Shown here: positions 18,201 through 27,648 of the stretch, in pieces | Position numbering within the stretch: the first letter of the stretch is position 1 | How the letters are laid out: each line of letters begins with the position of its first letter | Origin: an uncultured virus (IMG/VR IMGVR_UViG_3300020469_000045) | Lineage: Duplodnaviria; Heunggongvirae; Uroviricota; Caudoviricetes | Reading direction: 5' to 3' (one strand) | Virus record (IMG/VR): IMGVR_UViG_3300020469_000045 | Length of the DNA: 64,000 nucleotides | The notes under the pieces: generated by a model | Database searches by the model: none | The model's input: only the letters and a program-made list of their open reading frames with translations | What the model was told of the DNA's origin: nothing | Made by a program: the position numbers and the translations under genes

Positions 18201-21200
18201 AATTAGATTTAATAACTGAAGATGAGTTTTTAAATCTTGTTAGATATGCAAAAAAAGCTTTGCCTTCAGATATGCAACAAGAGATGGCTAAATCATATGG
18301 ACTAGGTCAATCCGGTGGTATAACAGCTAGAGGTTTTGAAGAAGAACTTGTAGCAGAATTGTTTAGACTTTACAGAAAAAATCCAAAAGGAATTATTGGT
18401 AAGCCTAGAAGTTTAATTGAAAGAATATTAAATTTTTTACAAGAGTTTTTATTTTCAATAAATGCTTCTGAGTTTGGTAGTCCTACTGTTTTATTAGAAA
18501 GGATTGCGTCAGGAGAAATAGGCAGTAGAGAAAGAGGTGTAAAAAGAAACTTGCGTATGACAGCAAGTAATCAGTCTAGATTTTTACAAGCTGCAGTTGA
18601 AGTAGAAGAGCCGACAGAAGGTGGGACTCAAGGCAGACCTTCTGCTCAAGATATTTTAGCCGGAGAGAATCCTGACCCACAAATGCGAGAAGTTGTAAGC
18701 GAAGATGAGATAAATCGTTCAGCTATATTTGAGGAGCTTGAAAATACTTTGGTACAAAAAGGAGATATATCTTCTGCAGAAATGAGAAGTATATTCAAAC
18801 AGTTTGCTCCACAGTCTAGAAAGTTTTTACCTATACCTTCATATAAAGAATTAAAAAAGAAAGTTGCTGAAGCTGCACGTATGGGATATGACCATTTATG
18901 GTATACAAGATGGGCACAAAAAGTTCCTTTATTAATTGGTGACGCAAACATGACAGAGTTTAGTGCTGTCTTTGGAATAACATCTGCACAACAAACTCCT
19001 GAAAAAAATTATCAAGATACTTTAAATACAATGATAATTGCTAGGAAGATAGACCCTATTAAAAGTCCTAAAAGATTTATAAATGCTATAGCAAAAAAAA
19101 ATGTTGGTATGAAAAATCCAACTCGATTAAAACAAATACAAGAGTTTTATAAGACAGGTTTATTTCAGAATAAAGATACAGGAGCTAAGACAGCTTTTTA
19201 TGCTAATCAAATATTTGAAGCAAGTCAGGGTAGGTTTACTCCGTTTACAGTTAACGACATTCATATGAGAAGGCAGTTTGGAATGATAGACCCAAACAAA
19301 CCAGAAAAAAATCAAGAGAGTCCTACTGCTATCGAGTATCAATTTCAAAATGATTTAATGAGATTGTTAAGCACAGAAGTTTATAACGTCAATGGAGTGC
19401 GTAGAAAATATCAAGAGCCATCAGAAATCCAAGCTATGTTGTGGGGATTGCAAAGATATGAAGGAGGAACTAATCCTACTAATGAAGGTAGTTATGCTTC
19501 AGCAGAAGCAGCAGCACAAGAACAAATAGCTGAAATACAAGAAATGCAAAGGGAAGGTAAGTTTGATACTGCTACTCCATTAACAGATAGAATGATTAAC
19601 TCGCCACAAAACATTGCATATCAAAATGTTAAAGGCACATATGGAAGTGTGACACAAAGAAACTTTCAAGAAGCTATTGCAGAACAGTCTCCTGTAATTG
19701 AAGTAAGTGTTATGCCCGGAACTGAGATACGTGGTGTTTGGTCTGAGTCTAAATTAATTCCTTATAGAAAAAAAATACAATATTTTAATTCTGTTTTTCG
19801 TGCGATAACAGAAGGCAATCAATTAAAGTTTTTAAAATTTTTAAAGATACCTCACTCAATAACTCTTAATGCAGGAACATACAATGGTGGATACCTGACT
19901 CCGGGATTTAATTTATCTATGCCTAATGCAAGTGAAGCAACACTCAGAGGAGTTGCACAGTTTTTAACTGATGCTTTGTATTTAGACTCTACGTTGATAA
20001 CAACCCCTACAGCACAAGGAGCTAAAAGACAGGCTGCTGTATTAACAAAGCCTGATAATGAAGGCTTTACTATTGATGAAATAAAATCTATTCAAGAAAG
20101 AATACAGAGGAACGACCCTAACGGAGACATAGGAGAGTTTGTTTTACAGTCAACAGGTAATGCTTTAACTTTCACAGACAAAAAAGAATTCAATGGATTG
20201 CCATATACAAAAGAACTTTATCAAACTTACATAAACTTCTTACGTGATATGTTTGCTAATACAGGATACAATCTAAATACTTATGGACAAAAATCAGAAC
20301 TCATCAGCTACGGACCAACAAGAGATGACAGAACAGGAACAAGAGGAGGTATTGAAAACCTTAGGGATTACACCTCTACCTTCAACGCACCCGATATACG
20401 GAGAGCCCTCCTCAGTAATCTCTACCTCCCTGCCCTTAGAGCCTTCCAAAGTTTCCAAAAAGAACTAGGAGTAAGCGTACCAACACAAGGCAGAAGCAGA
20501 AATTTTGCCATGCCTAACTCTGCTTTTAATCCACAAACTACTACTAATAAACCTACCAAAGATGAACTTGCAGATGCAGAGGCTATAGCTTTTGCAAAGG
20601 CAGAAGCAGAAAATTATACAGCCGGAGCCGTGCCTTTAATAAATCCTAATGCTAGTGGACTAGCAATACGTACTGCATTACAAGTAAGAGATGGATTGAA
20701 GCCAGAAAATATATTACCTGAAGACCCATACATGAGAGGGTCAGGAACAATACCTTCTAAGTTTGAAAATGTTGTAAACAAAACCGGAGGCAAAACTAAA
20801 GGAAAAGAGAAAGGTGGTTTCTTTGATGCACTTAATAATGTTACAAATGCAAACGAAAGTGCACGTGCTTTTATAAATAGATTCAGACAAAATCTTATAG
20901 ATAACAAACAAATGTTATTAACAGGTGTAAAGATTTTAGCAGGAGACTCTAGTCAAGTACTTGAATTTGAAAGACGTGCTTCTACCGGAGCAATCCAAGC
21001 TTTAAGATTTGTAGATAATGCTAGAGGTGTCCTTGCTTCTATGATGAAAGATGGACCCGTAACTCTACGTGATGGTTTGACTGCCACAATCAAAGACCCC
21101 CAACTTAATTTAATAAAAATATTTGCTCCTATTTATCAAAACTCAGCAGAGTATGGTATAGATTTTGAGTCTTTAGTTAAGGCTTATTTTATAGCTAGAA

Positions 21201-23566
21201 GAGGTAGTAGATTAGTAGAAAAGAAAATAAATGTTAAGCAGAAAGACGGAACATTTACAGAAGAAAGAGTTATAGAAATACCTTTGACTGACCAAGAGAT
21301 ACAAGATGGTTTGCAAATAGGGGAAGACTATCAATGGATAAAAAAAGTATTTGACGACTATCAAAAGTTTAATGAGTACACAATTAATTTTGGAGTAGAC
21401 TCTGGCATACTTCAGGAAGAAAGAAGTGATAATGAATTTAGAGTTGAGTTAAATAAAGTTGGGTTTACTGATGTAGCTAAATCAGGAAACAGAGAGGCAT
21501 TACTTAAAGCAGTTAAGATATATAACTCACGTGCTAAAGAAGGAGAGCTTATTGAAACTAGAGGTACTGCACAAATATGGCGAGAAAACGCAGACCACTT
21601 TCCTTTCTATAGAGAAATGGAAAACGCTAGTAGAGAAATGTCTGCTCCTAGAATTGGCTCTGGATTACTTGCAGGTAATCCATTAGGTATAGAACTTAAA
21701 GGAAGTACTAAAGAGATAGATGTAGATTTCTTAGACGCTATATTAAGAAATCAACTTGCTATTATTACTGCAGGAATGAAGAACGATGGTTTATCTAAAC
21801 TAGCTAGAAACTTTGTAGTGAGTGGTAGAGGTAGATTTATTAGACCTGATGAAGTTAAAGGCAGAATAGGTAAAGAAGTTATACCTGTTCATGTACAAGG
21901 AGTCCGAAGATTTTTAGAAATAGACGCAGAGCTTGGTCCATACCTTGAAGGTTTAAATAATATAGGTGTAACTGATGATGGATTTTTATTAAAAGCTTTA
22001 GCAATACCGGCTTCATTACTTCGTGAGACTGTCACAAGAGACCCCGGATTTATGATGGTCAATATGTTTAGAGACACAATGTCAGCCTTCGTTACAAGTG
22101 GAGCAGACTTCACACCTATATTAGATACAGCTAAAGGCTTTGCTTCTGATATGTATGAACTAGAAAGATTTGGTGTACTTGGTGGTTATGATTATTCAAA
22201 TGACGCAATGAGTATTTCATCTTTCTTAAAGAAACAATACAGACTTCAAGGCTTAGGTAAGAATGGGTCACTCAATCCTATAGACGCTACTGTTAAATTA
22301 TGGGATTGGTTAGGACAACAAACATATAAATCAGATGGAGCAACAAGGTTAGCTGTTTACAATTCGGTCTTAAAAGAAACCGGTGATGTGGCAGAAGCAG
22401 CTTATCAAGCTAAAGAAATAATTAACTTTTCAAGAAGAGGAGCTAGTCCTATATTTAGAATTGTGACGACTGCCATACCTTTTATGAACGCAAGGATACA
22501 AGGACTTGATGTTCTTTGGAGGTCTGGTACAGGTCAGTATTCAGCAAAAGAGTTTGATGCCGGTATTAGAAACGACCCTGAGTTGCAGAGAAAAGTTATA
22601 AAAAGTTTTGTAGCAAATGGAGCCTTGCTTACTTTTGTTACGGCTATGTATTATCTAATGGTTGGAGATACAGACGAATACAGAGCAAGACGAAGAGAAG
22701 AGAGAGATAACAATTGGTTGATTTTCACAGGTAAAGACCTTCCTCCTCTCAAGCTACCTATTCCATTTGAAGTTGGTGTCATGTTTAAAGTAATTCCTGA
22801 AAGGACTATGGACTTTGTAGTCGGTGGAGCAAGTGGCGAAGAAACATTAGAGTCATTTACAAGGGCAACAAAAGATACTTTAAAATTCAACCCTCTCTCA
22901 TTCCAAGTATTAAAACCATTCATGGAAGCTTTTGTTTACAATCGCAGTAGCTTTACCGGAAGTCCTATTGTGCCTCCATACATGGAGCAAACCATTGAAG
23001 AAGGACTTCAATATAGAGAAACCACAAGTGAGTTAGCTAAGATTGTCGGAGAGCAATTCGGTATAAGTCCTTTGAAGTTAGAGTATATGTTGAATGGTTA
23101 TTTAGGTACCCTTGGTGGGTATGGTCTGAGCCTCGTAGACACAGTTCTAAAAGGTCTTACCGGCAGAGACTTCATCAGACCTAGGGTAGACCAATTACCC
23201 CTCTTAAAACGTTTCTTTGGCAGTCCTTTGGGTGGTGGTTTACAACAGCAGTATTACGAAATGAGAGAAGAGAGCAACAAAGTGATAGCAACTATGAACA
23301 AACTCAAAGATGAAGGTAGAGTAGACGAGTATCAATCCTATGCAAATAACAATCAAGGATACTTACAAACTAGAGGACAAGTATTAGCAATAGATAGAAG
23401 TTTGAAAGCTATTACAAAACAAGTGAACGCAGTTTACCAAAGCAAAGTTTTAAATCCTGAGCAGAAAAGAGTAGCACTTAGAAGTTTAGAGGAAAGACGC
23501 AACCAAGTTTTACAGTACATTCCTGATATGAGAAGGCAACAAGAAACATATTTAGGATTGCAATAG
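15260..23566 (+). CDS. Large polyvalent internal virion protein (HExxH metallopeptidase-like region; C-terminal LPD38-like domain)
   Basis: 2768 aa; DHEAIHAM...EELVAE; C-terminal INFSRRG...PFMNARIQG...LKLPIPFEVGVMFKVIPER. Confidence 0.75.
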   Translation: MQRFNLPDGKYIQIEDNPSREYAIDLQNFLAEQYPDYYSPYKEEIDPTISGRVRETSKGFVKGVGGGILGGAEGLVNYFDSGNDSAIGDGLRGMQRYLNETLLPTEEGYEDLYTTKLGQGLGSFASFFVPGFGASKVFGTQQKLERLAKVKQGARTQTQRDAIDKMIRSVQRQPLIASASLAVPLGVSGQGDRLEQARVLGEEVSPFQEFLAETAGGLIGLSELYAPDRLLRKITKADGEVLDVAARIRSALTTGTAEAIQETMASIAQDAVARGVYSDEVPIGESMYDDFTVGGGTGAIADLLIRGFVGRRPIANKYALDLETEAVEESNEKEIFEKRKELDEEIQTTGPAIVREEDLFEEYEETKQPEVKKELQVIEELKIERQEDDTVLVVGVDTGKIYSTHKVEVASGFQEDANGNPLLDEQGERIQKFDLDPIATINEAALSAVEQKKINRTKFVNDAIDNVLDIGGLKESGSLKSLGKRVLSPLFNVVDVRTLSVMDSRINETRQQQAKKLEKLNKQAEKLKAKQLRDRKAGKTRLTKSGQPDLRYKQLDTPGTLDSTEGALDISPLKQITSETQTDEQKSLVELLQDRAEQVGLPRKNFYTYQEAQKILKPDDFNQLMMEKANIIYKYSEKEGAYLPKGRRNRRTGDRIASGLNPRGAGIQRYNFSPNKFQDTSRQAIYEALKSKNLEAKINSKEFQYFAEQLTGEKNYNKMNKGQKMVLLSRIYGMPRLDVKTKLPLLTPRTYTAQQMNSFYELFGLATGKSITENDIKTFFDNQNIKKSQQNIRQFKEDLINSGRLKKVKGKTLGNSQFKTDEMSKASRKEGETVEDYKARISTVLTAEQIADLGMTEEQFDIPLLPAPITNESMPNLAKELQGRLNKLGLKDIALRVTNFLNSSQNIKRDGTGRLVYVADPNRNDKMSLIDKEAVGLYDRALNTILLKLESIDPNNQLSEAELIDALSGRIDHEAIHAMMQLDLITEDEFLNLVRYAKKALPSDMQQEMAKSYGLGQSGGITARGFEEELVAELFRLYRKNPKGIIGKPRSLIERILNFLQEFLFSINASEFGSPTVLLERIASGEIGSRERGVKRNLRMTASNQSRFLQAAVEVEEPTEGGTQGRPSAQDILAGENPDPQMREVVSEDEINRSAIFEELENTLVQKGDISSAEMRSIFKQFAPQSRKFLPIPSYKELKKKVAEAARMGYDHLWYTRWAQKVPLLIGDANMTEFSAVFGITSAQQTPEKNYQDTLNTMIIARKIDPIKSPKRFINAIAKKNVGMKNPTRLKQIQEFYKTGLFQNKDTGAKTAFYANQIFEASQGRFTPFTVNDIHMRRQFGMIDPNKPEKNQESPTAIEYQFQNDLMRLLSTEVYNVNGVRRKYQEPSEIQAMLWGLQRYEGGTNPTNEGSYASAEAAAQEQIAEIQEMQREGKFDTATPLTDRMINSPQNIAYQNVKGTYGSVTQRNFQEAIAEQSPVIEVSVMPGTEIRGVWSESKLIPYRKKIQYFNSVFRAITEGNQLKFLKFLKIPHSITLNAGTYNGGYLTPGFNLSMPNASEATLRGVAQFLTDALYLDSTLITTPTAQGAKRQAAVLTKPDNEGFTIDEIKSIQERIQRNDPNGDIGEFVLQSTGNALTFTDKKEFNGLPYTKELYQTYINFLRDMFANTGYNLNTYGQKSELISYGPTRDDRTGTRGGIENLRDYTSTFNAPDIRRALLSNLYLPALRAFQSFQKELGVSVPTQGRSRNFAMPNSAFNPQTTTNKPTKDELADAEAIAFAKAEAENYTAGAVPLINPNASGLAIRTALQVRDGLKPENILPEDPYMRGSGTIPSKFENVVNKTGGKTKGKEKGGFFDALNNVTNANESARAFINRFRQNLIDNKQMLLTGVKILAGDSSQVLEFERRASTGAIQALRFVDNARGVLASMMKDGPVTLRDGLTATIKDPQLNLIKIFAPIYQNSAEYGIDFESLVKAYFIARRGSRLVEKKINVKQKDGTFTEERVIEIPLTDQEIQDGLQIGEDYQWIKKVFDDYQKFNEYTINFGVDSGILQEERSDNEFRVELNKVGFTDVAKSGNREALLKAVKIYNSRAKEGELIETRGTAQIWRENADHFPFYREMENASREMSAPRIGSGLLAGNPLGIELKGSTKEIDVDFLDAILRNQLAIITAGMKNDGLSKLARNFVVSGRGRFIRPDEVKGRIGKEVIPVHVQGVRRFLEIDAELGPYLEGLNNIGVTDDGFLLKALAIPASLLRETVTRDPGFMMVNMFRDTMSAFVTSGADFTPILDTAKGFASDMYELERFGVLGGYDYSNDAMSISSFLKKQYRLQGLGKNGSLNPIDATVKLWDWLGQQTYKSDGATRLAVYNSVLKETGDVAEAAYQAKEIINFSRRGASPIFRIVTTAIPFMNARIQGLDVLWRSGTGQYSAKEFDAGIRNDPELQRKVIKSFVANGALLTFVTAMYYLMVGDTDEYRARRREERDNNWLIFTGKDLPPLKLPIPFEVGVMFKVIPERTMDFVVGGASGEETLESFTRATKDTLKFNPLSFQVLKPFMEAFVYNRSSFTGSPIVPPYMEQTIEEGLQYRETTSELAKIVGEQFGISPLKLEYMLNGYLGTLGGYGLSLVDTVLKGLTGRDFIRPRVDQLPLLKRFFGSPLGGGLQQQYYEMREESNKVIATMNKLKDEGRVDEYQSYANNNQGYLQTRGQVLAIDRSLKAITKQVNAVYQSKVLNPEQKRVALRSLEERRNQVLQYIPDMRRQQETYLGLQ

Positions 23567-23600
23567 GTGATAGTCCGGGCTGTATCCATGATACAGACAT

Positions 23601-23626
23601 AAAATATTTACCGGTAAATACTTTCT
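23601..23626. promoter_or_regulatory. Palindromic operator-like motif copy
   Basis: AAAATATTTACCGGTAAATACTTTCT. Confidence 0.6.
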
Positions 23627-23689
23627 CTAGCTAGGGTCTGAAAGTTTTTTAGGACACAACGTCCCACCTGCGAATCAGATTTTTTCAGG

Positions 23690-24037
23690 CTAGTATATTT
23701 CAGCAACAACTAATCTTTCGATTAGCTTTTCTTCTTTGAATGGTTTAGTTCTGAAGAAGCCTTCATACTGTGGATACCTAACATGAAAGAGTCTAGCGTA
23801 GAAAGATATGTAATCATTGCTTATCTTGAAGTCCCCACCTTTTGTTTCGACCTCAGCGTTCCACCTTATACGATTGATGATTGCCCATTGAGAATAGTTC
23901 TTTCTCCCTGAGGCTATCGCTTGTAAGGTGTACTCTTCAAACTTCTCCCATACCTGAGGGTTTTTCTTATGCCATTCCCACCAAGCCTTCTTCCGTTCTT
24001 TCAACTCTTCTTGTAATTGTTCTACCAACATAGACAT
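23690..24037 (-). CDS. Hypothetical phage protein
   Basis: Coupled ORF; WHKKNPQVWEKFE...IINRIRW...FKISND..FYARLF. Confidence 0.7.
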   Translation of the reverse strand: MSMLVEQLQEELKERKKAWWEWHKKNPQVWEKFEEYTLQAIASGRKNYSQWAIINRIRWNAEVETKGGDFKISNDYISFYARLFHVRYPQYEGFFRTKPFKEEKLIERLVVAEIY

Positions 24038-24390
24038 TACTCTTCCTCCTCCTCAACTAATATACCTATAAATCTAATAAACTTTTCAGCGTCAATAACC
24101 AACAAAGGTTTAGTCTTGTTTCTTTTGATTACGACTATAGGCTCATAGCCTTTACAATTCTCCTCAGCTTGTTCGTAAGCTTTCCAAATGTTCAGAGCCT
24201 CTTGGTTTTTACACTCAATACTGAAGGGAAACTTCTCTCTTGATTGCTTACCCATTATCACATCTTCCCCTTGGCTTCCCATAGGTCGAGACTCTATATC
24301 CTCAGGGTCTAGTTTCAATATCTCTATCAACTTTTCTACTACCCACTTCTGTAGTTTCCTTCCTTTTGCTTTTGCAGATTGTGTTTTCAT
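24037..24390 (-). CDS. PD-(D/E)XK nuclease, Holliday junction resolvase-like
   Basis: SAKAKGRKLQ...GEDV...SIECKNQE...PIVVIKRN. Confidence 0.7.
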   Translation of the reverse strand: MKTQSAKAKGRKLQKWVVEKLIEILKLDPEDIESRPMGSQGEDVIMGKQSREKFPFSIECKNQEALNIWKAYEQAEENCKGYEPIVVIKRNKTKPLLVIDAEKFIRFIGILVEEEEE

Positions 24391-24433
24391 ACCTTAAAAC
24401 TTACCATCATTTTTTTCCATCTCATTTCGCTGC

Positions 24434-24464
24434 GAGAAAATATTTACTAGTAAAACCTTTTCTC
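24434..24464. promoter_or_regulatory. Palindromic operator-like motif copy
   Basis: GAGAAAATATTTACTAGTAAAACCTTTTCTC. Confidence 0.6.
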
Positions 24465-24771
24465 ATGGTAGTTCTCTTGGCTCTTTAAGTAAATGCTCTA
24501 CCTGTTCTAGCAGTTCTTCTTCCGTGCCATAAGCTTCTTCAAATCTTTTCTTGTTGGGGTGTCTGCTTATTGGTCTTTTGTGACTGCCGTTTCTATGATG
24601 AATGTCACAGAGAGGTAATACTCTCATGTGATTTCTTTTTTCTTTTCCTACAATGTGATGTATCTCTGCCGGAACATACGGATAACCATTGTTATAACAG
24701 ACGATACACCCAATGCCACGGACTAAGTCCATGTGTTCTTGCTCTTCTTTTGTGGGGGGTTTGCCTTTCAT
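24463..24771 (-). CDS. Ref-like HNH recombination-enhancement nuclease
   Basis: GCIVC...AEIHH...VLPLCDIHHR...FEEAYGTEEELL. Confidence 0.8.
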   Translation of the reverse strand: MKGKPPTKEEQEHMDLVRGIGCIVCYNNGYPYVPAEIHHIVGKEKRNHMRVLPLCDIHHRNGSHKRPISRHPNKKRFEEAYGTEEELLEQVEHLLKEPRELP

Positions 24772-24814
24772 CTAGCAAGGACTAGGTATGAAGATAGCAA
24801 AGTACCAATTAAGT

Positions 24815-25156
24815 CTATGCTCCATACCTAGCTTGTTCTCTTCTCTGAGAGACTTCTCTTGTTCGCCAAACCTCGTAGCCTATCTCTAAGCTTTTGAGTT
24901 TAACTCGTATTGCCTCAAGAGTTCCTTTTGCAACTCCAACTTTCAGCCTAGCTTTGTGTAAATCTTCTGAAGCTTCGGCATGAGTTTCTTGCCCTGAGTT
25001 TGTTTTGATACCCATATCAATGGCTCTGAGTTTCAAGGTTGCTTGTAGTTTCTTAACATCAGCCTCCTTCTCATGTACCTGATACATAGCTTGTTCAATT
25101 AACGGAGCAAGTTTTCTAATCTCATGTTGCCAATTCTCAATTAGTTCTTCTGACAT
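24815..25156 (-). CDS. Helical coiled-coil protein (possibly a recombination mediator)
   Basis: All-helical ORF within the recombination cluster. Confidence 0.5.
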   Translation of the reverse strand: MSEELIENWQHEIRKLAPLIEQAMYQVHEKEADVKKLQATLKLRAIDMGIKTNSGQETHAEASEDLHKARLKVGVAKGTLEAIRVKLKSLEIGYEVWRTREVSQRREQARYGA

Positions 25157-25383
25157 CAGCTATCTTCCTCCCTCTTATATGTATCAAAGACATTCAATAC
25201 CTCTTTGGTTTTAGAAACTGAGAGTGCAGTTCTATCTCCGTAGAGTTCATCAAACTTTGCTTCAGCCAAAGGTCGAGGGTCTATATTATCTTTCCACATA
25301 TAACGTTCTCTACTCTGCATACGATACCAACGTTCAAAGTTCTCTTCGTATGTTTCATCATTAGACCAAACAAATTCTTCCAT
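25156..25383 (-). CDS. Hypothetical protein
   Basis: Coupled ORF with SD GAGG. Confidence 0.65.
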   Translation of the reverse strand: MEEFVWSNDETYEENFERWYRMQSRERYMWKDNIDPRPLAEAKFDELYGDRTALSVSKTKEVLNVFDTYKREEDS

Positions 25384-25385
25384 AT

Positions 25386-25652
25386 CTATTTCTCAGCCTC
25401 CTCCAACTCACGTAAGTCAAAGTTCCCGTTGACTCTGCCCAAGCCTACGATACTGCCAAGATAGATAGACATAAGAACATCAGGGTCTAAAACTTCTACA
25501 CCCTTAACATTTAATGTGCCTTCTTCTACTGCCTTGTTCATCAATTCAATAATCCTAGCAAACTCTCGGAGCAAAGCGTTTCTATGGTCTACCCAATTAA
25601 CAAGGACATTGTTATCAATCTCCATATCCACAAAATTTACAATGTTATCCAT
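25386..25652 (-). CDS. Hypothetical protein
   Basis: Coupled ORF. Confidence 0.65.
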   Translation of the reverse strand: MDNIVNFVDMEIDNNVLVNWVDHRNALLREFARIIELMNKAVEEGTLNVKGVEVLDPDVLMSIYLGSIVGLGRVNGNFDLRELEEAEK

Positions 25653-25978
25653 TAGAAAGGCACCTCAATATCATCTTCTCCATAAGGGTCAAAGCTAGAG
25701 ACAGCTTTCTTTTCCGGCTGTGGCTCAGGCTTTGTCTCAGGCTTTGGTTGTGCTACGTCAACTCTTGCATACATATAAGGGTTGTCATTCTTACTTACCC
25801 TATCCCATAAAGCCACCCTAAGGATAGGCTCTTTACCGGCTTTGATTTCTTCAACAAGTTCTTTCATCAAGTTCTTGTTGAGTTCTATCTTACCGGTATG
25901 GTCAGGTTGGTTTTGTGCTTTCTTAAAGCTGTTAGGATAGATTGCTCCGTCCGATTGTGGTTTATTTTCATTCGTCAT
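25652..25978 (-). CDS. Single-stranded DNA-binding protein-like
   Basis: KKAQNQPDHTGKIE...VALW; acidic tail EDDIEVPF typical of SSBs. Confidence 0.7.
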   Translation of the reverse strand: MTNENKPQSDGAIYPNSFKKAQNQPDHTGKIELNKNLMKELVEEIKAGKEPILRVALWDRVSKNDNPYMYARVDVAQPKPETKPEPQPEKKAVSSFDPYGEDDIEVPF

Positions 25979-25988
25979 TTTTACCTCG

Positions 25989-26480
25989 CTATATTAGAAA
26001 TGAATTACAATGAGGACAAACGTTATGCTCGTCCGTTAGTTCCGTCCAATCTTTTCCTTCGTAAAAGAAAAGAATGTTGTCTTCAAGATATCCGTACCTT
26101 GAGGGATTAAGTTTTATCTCAGGGGATAGATTGTCATAGTATTGCCAACTGTCGTGTCCGTACTTGAGAATAGAGTAATTGCTTATGTGTTTCTTGAGAG
26201 TCAGCTTTTCTTGTATCTTGTCAAGCTCTTCTCTTTCGTTGTTAGTCAAAGTGTTCTTGTGATAGACAACTACCTTGACCATTTCCCACTTACAATCTGT
26301 ATCGGTAGAGCCTACCGGTATGTCGACAATGCGACAAGCGATAGGCAAATCTTCCTTGATACAAGTCTGTATGTGATTAGCCTCATGTTCATCAAGCATA
26401 GACCAAAGTATCCAATTGGTATGACCCTCGGTCTTCATAACATATCTATCTATAGTAGCTTTCTTGATGTCGTCAATCAT
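25989..26480 (-). CDS. Hypothetical protein with C-terminal CxxC
   Basis: Coupled ORF ending in CPHC. Confidence 0.6.
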   Translation of the reverse strand: MIDDIKKATIDRYVMKTEGHTNWILWSMLDEHEANHIQTCIKEDLPIACRIVDIPVGSTDTDCKWEMVKVVVYHKNTLTNNEREELDKIQEKLTLKKHISNYSILKYGHDSWQYYDNLSPEIKLNPSRYGYLEDNILFFYEGKDWTELTDEHNVCPHCNSFLI

Positions 26481-27262
26481 TGAGCGTTCCTTTCAACAGA
26501 GTCAGCCGGTAGAGTTTCTGCGTACTTTACAAACCTTTGGTCAAGTTCAACTTTCATCTCTGGAAACTTCTCGCCTAAGATACCTATGTCTTTTGCATTA
26601 GCCTTGTAGTAGTTAGTCAACTGTTGCTTGGTTTGACATAAAGGGGAGTGCATAAACGTATCAACTCCTTCAAGAAAAACCTTCGCCCAATCTTCATCAT
26701 ACTCAACTTGATTTTCTGAGTCAGCAGGAGAAACTTCTTTACTAGGAATATTTTTCTCCTCATCACCACTAGCCTCAGTCTGCTCAGGCTCTTTTGCTTT
26801 AACGGGATTTTTCTTGCGTGTTTTTTCTGACACCTTATCTTTGTCCTCGTCAGGTAAGTCGTCACTTAATCCCATGTAAAGACCTATGCCTAATCCAAAC
26901 ATAGCCATGTTCTTAACAAGACATCTCATTCTGTTATCAGATACTTGCCTAGAGTCAGGTGTTATTATTGGTTGATTTTTATAGTCCATGATTGGTAATG
27001 ACATCATACGTACACATTCGCCAATCCTAATTGAAGTACAAACTTCCATGGTGTTATCGTCCATTTTAATTGACGGCATGAATTCATACTCAGCCTCAGG
27101 ATACTTCTCGCAAAGTAGAAACCATGCTCTACTCCAACTGAGATAATCCAAGTTCATCTTAGTCTCTTTGAATTCAGACACATCAACTTTCGATAATGTG
27201 TTCCATATTTCACGAAACTTCTCTGCTTTTATTTCTAATAAATTATCCATATTTTTCTCCAT
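26477..27262 (-). CDS. Sak/Rad52-like single-strand annealing protein (DUF1071-like)
   Basis: LDYLSWSRAW...LPIMDYKNQ...MRCLVKNMAMFGLGIGLY..DDLP. Confidence 0.85.
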   Translation of the reverse strand: MEKNMDNLLEIKAEKFREIWNTLSKVDVSEFKETKMNLDYLSWSRAWFLLCEKYPEAEYEFMPSIKMDDNTMEVCTSIRIGECVRMMSLPIMDYKNQPIITPDSRQVSDNRMRCLVKNMAMFGLGIGLYMGLSDDLPDEDKDKVSEKTRKKNPVKAKEPEQTEASGDEEKNIPSKEVSPADSENQVEYDEDWAKVFLEGVDTFMHSPLCQTKQQLTNYYKANAKDIGILGEKFPEMKVELDQRFVKYAETLPADSVERNAQ

Positions 27263-27268
27263 TGATAA

Positions 27269-27439
27269 TTAAATCCAACATTTATATCCACTACACTTAT
27301 CAGCTTGTATGCCGTGTGTAATAGACAATTCTTTTATTTCTTGTTCGTCCACGTCAGGTAAGAAACCCCCACAGACATCACATAGTTTTTCCTCAGATAC
27401 TTTCTCGTACTGAATATCAATCTTGTAATCTCTACTCAT
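27269..27439 (-). CDS. Small Cys-rich hypothetical protein (56 aa)
   Basis: MSRDYKIDIQYEKVSEEKLCDVCGG...KCSGYKCWI; fills the gap and overlaps the upstream stop. Confidence 0.6.
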   Translation of the reverse strand: MSRDYKIDIQYEKVSEEKLCDVCGGFLPDVDEQEIKELSITHGIQADKCSGYKCWI

Positions 27440-27648
27440 TGAATTACCCCCTTGGCGAACAAAGATTTACTTCCAAAGATTGCTCTTCTTGAATACACAA
27501 CTTTGTGACCGGACTCCTCAAGTCTTGCAACTTCTTTATCCATGTCTCTATCAAATTGAATATCGCCTTCGACAATCTTCGACCATACAAATTGTTTAGA
27601 GCCGTCAGGCAATTCAATCTGTATCTTAAACATACTATAGTCTTTCAT
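27436..27648 (-). CDS. Hypothetical protein
   Basis: Strong SD AGGAGGT upstream. Confidence 0.7.
   Translation of the reverse strand: MKDYSMFKIQIELPDGSKQFVWSKIVEGDIQFDRDMDKEVARLEESGHKVVYSRRAIFGSKSLFAKGVIQ

Noticed and set aside
16087..22923. Multiple minus-strand ORFs inside the 2768-aa gene, and similar shadow ORFs elsewhere in the ORF track
   Set aside because: They are antisense shadows of long coding frames, with no SD or recognisable motifs
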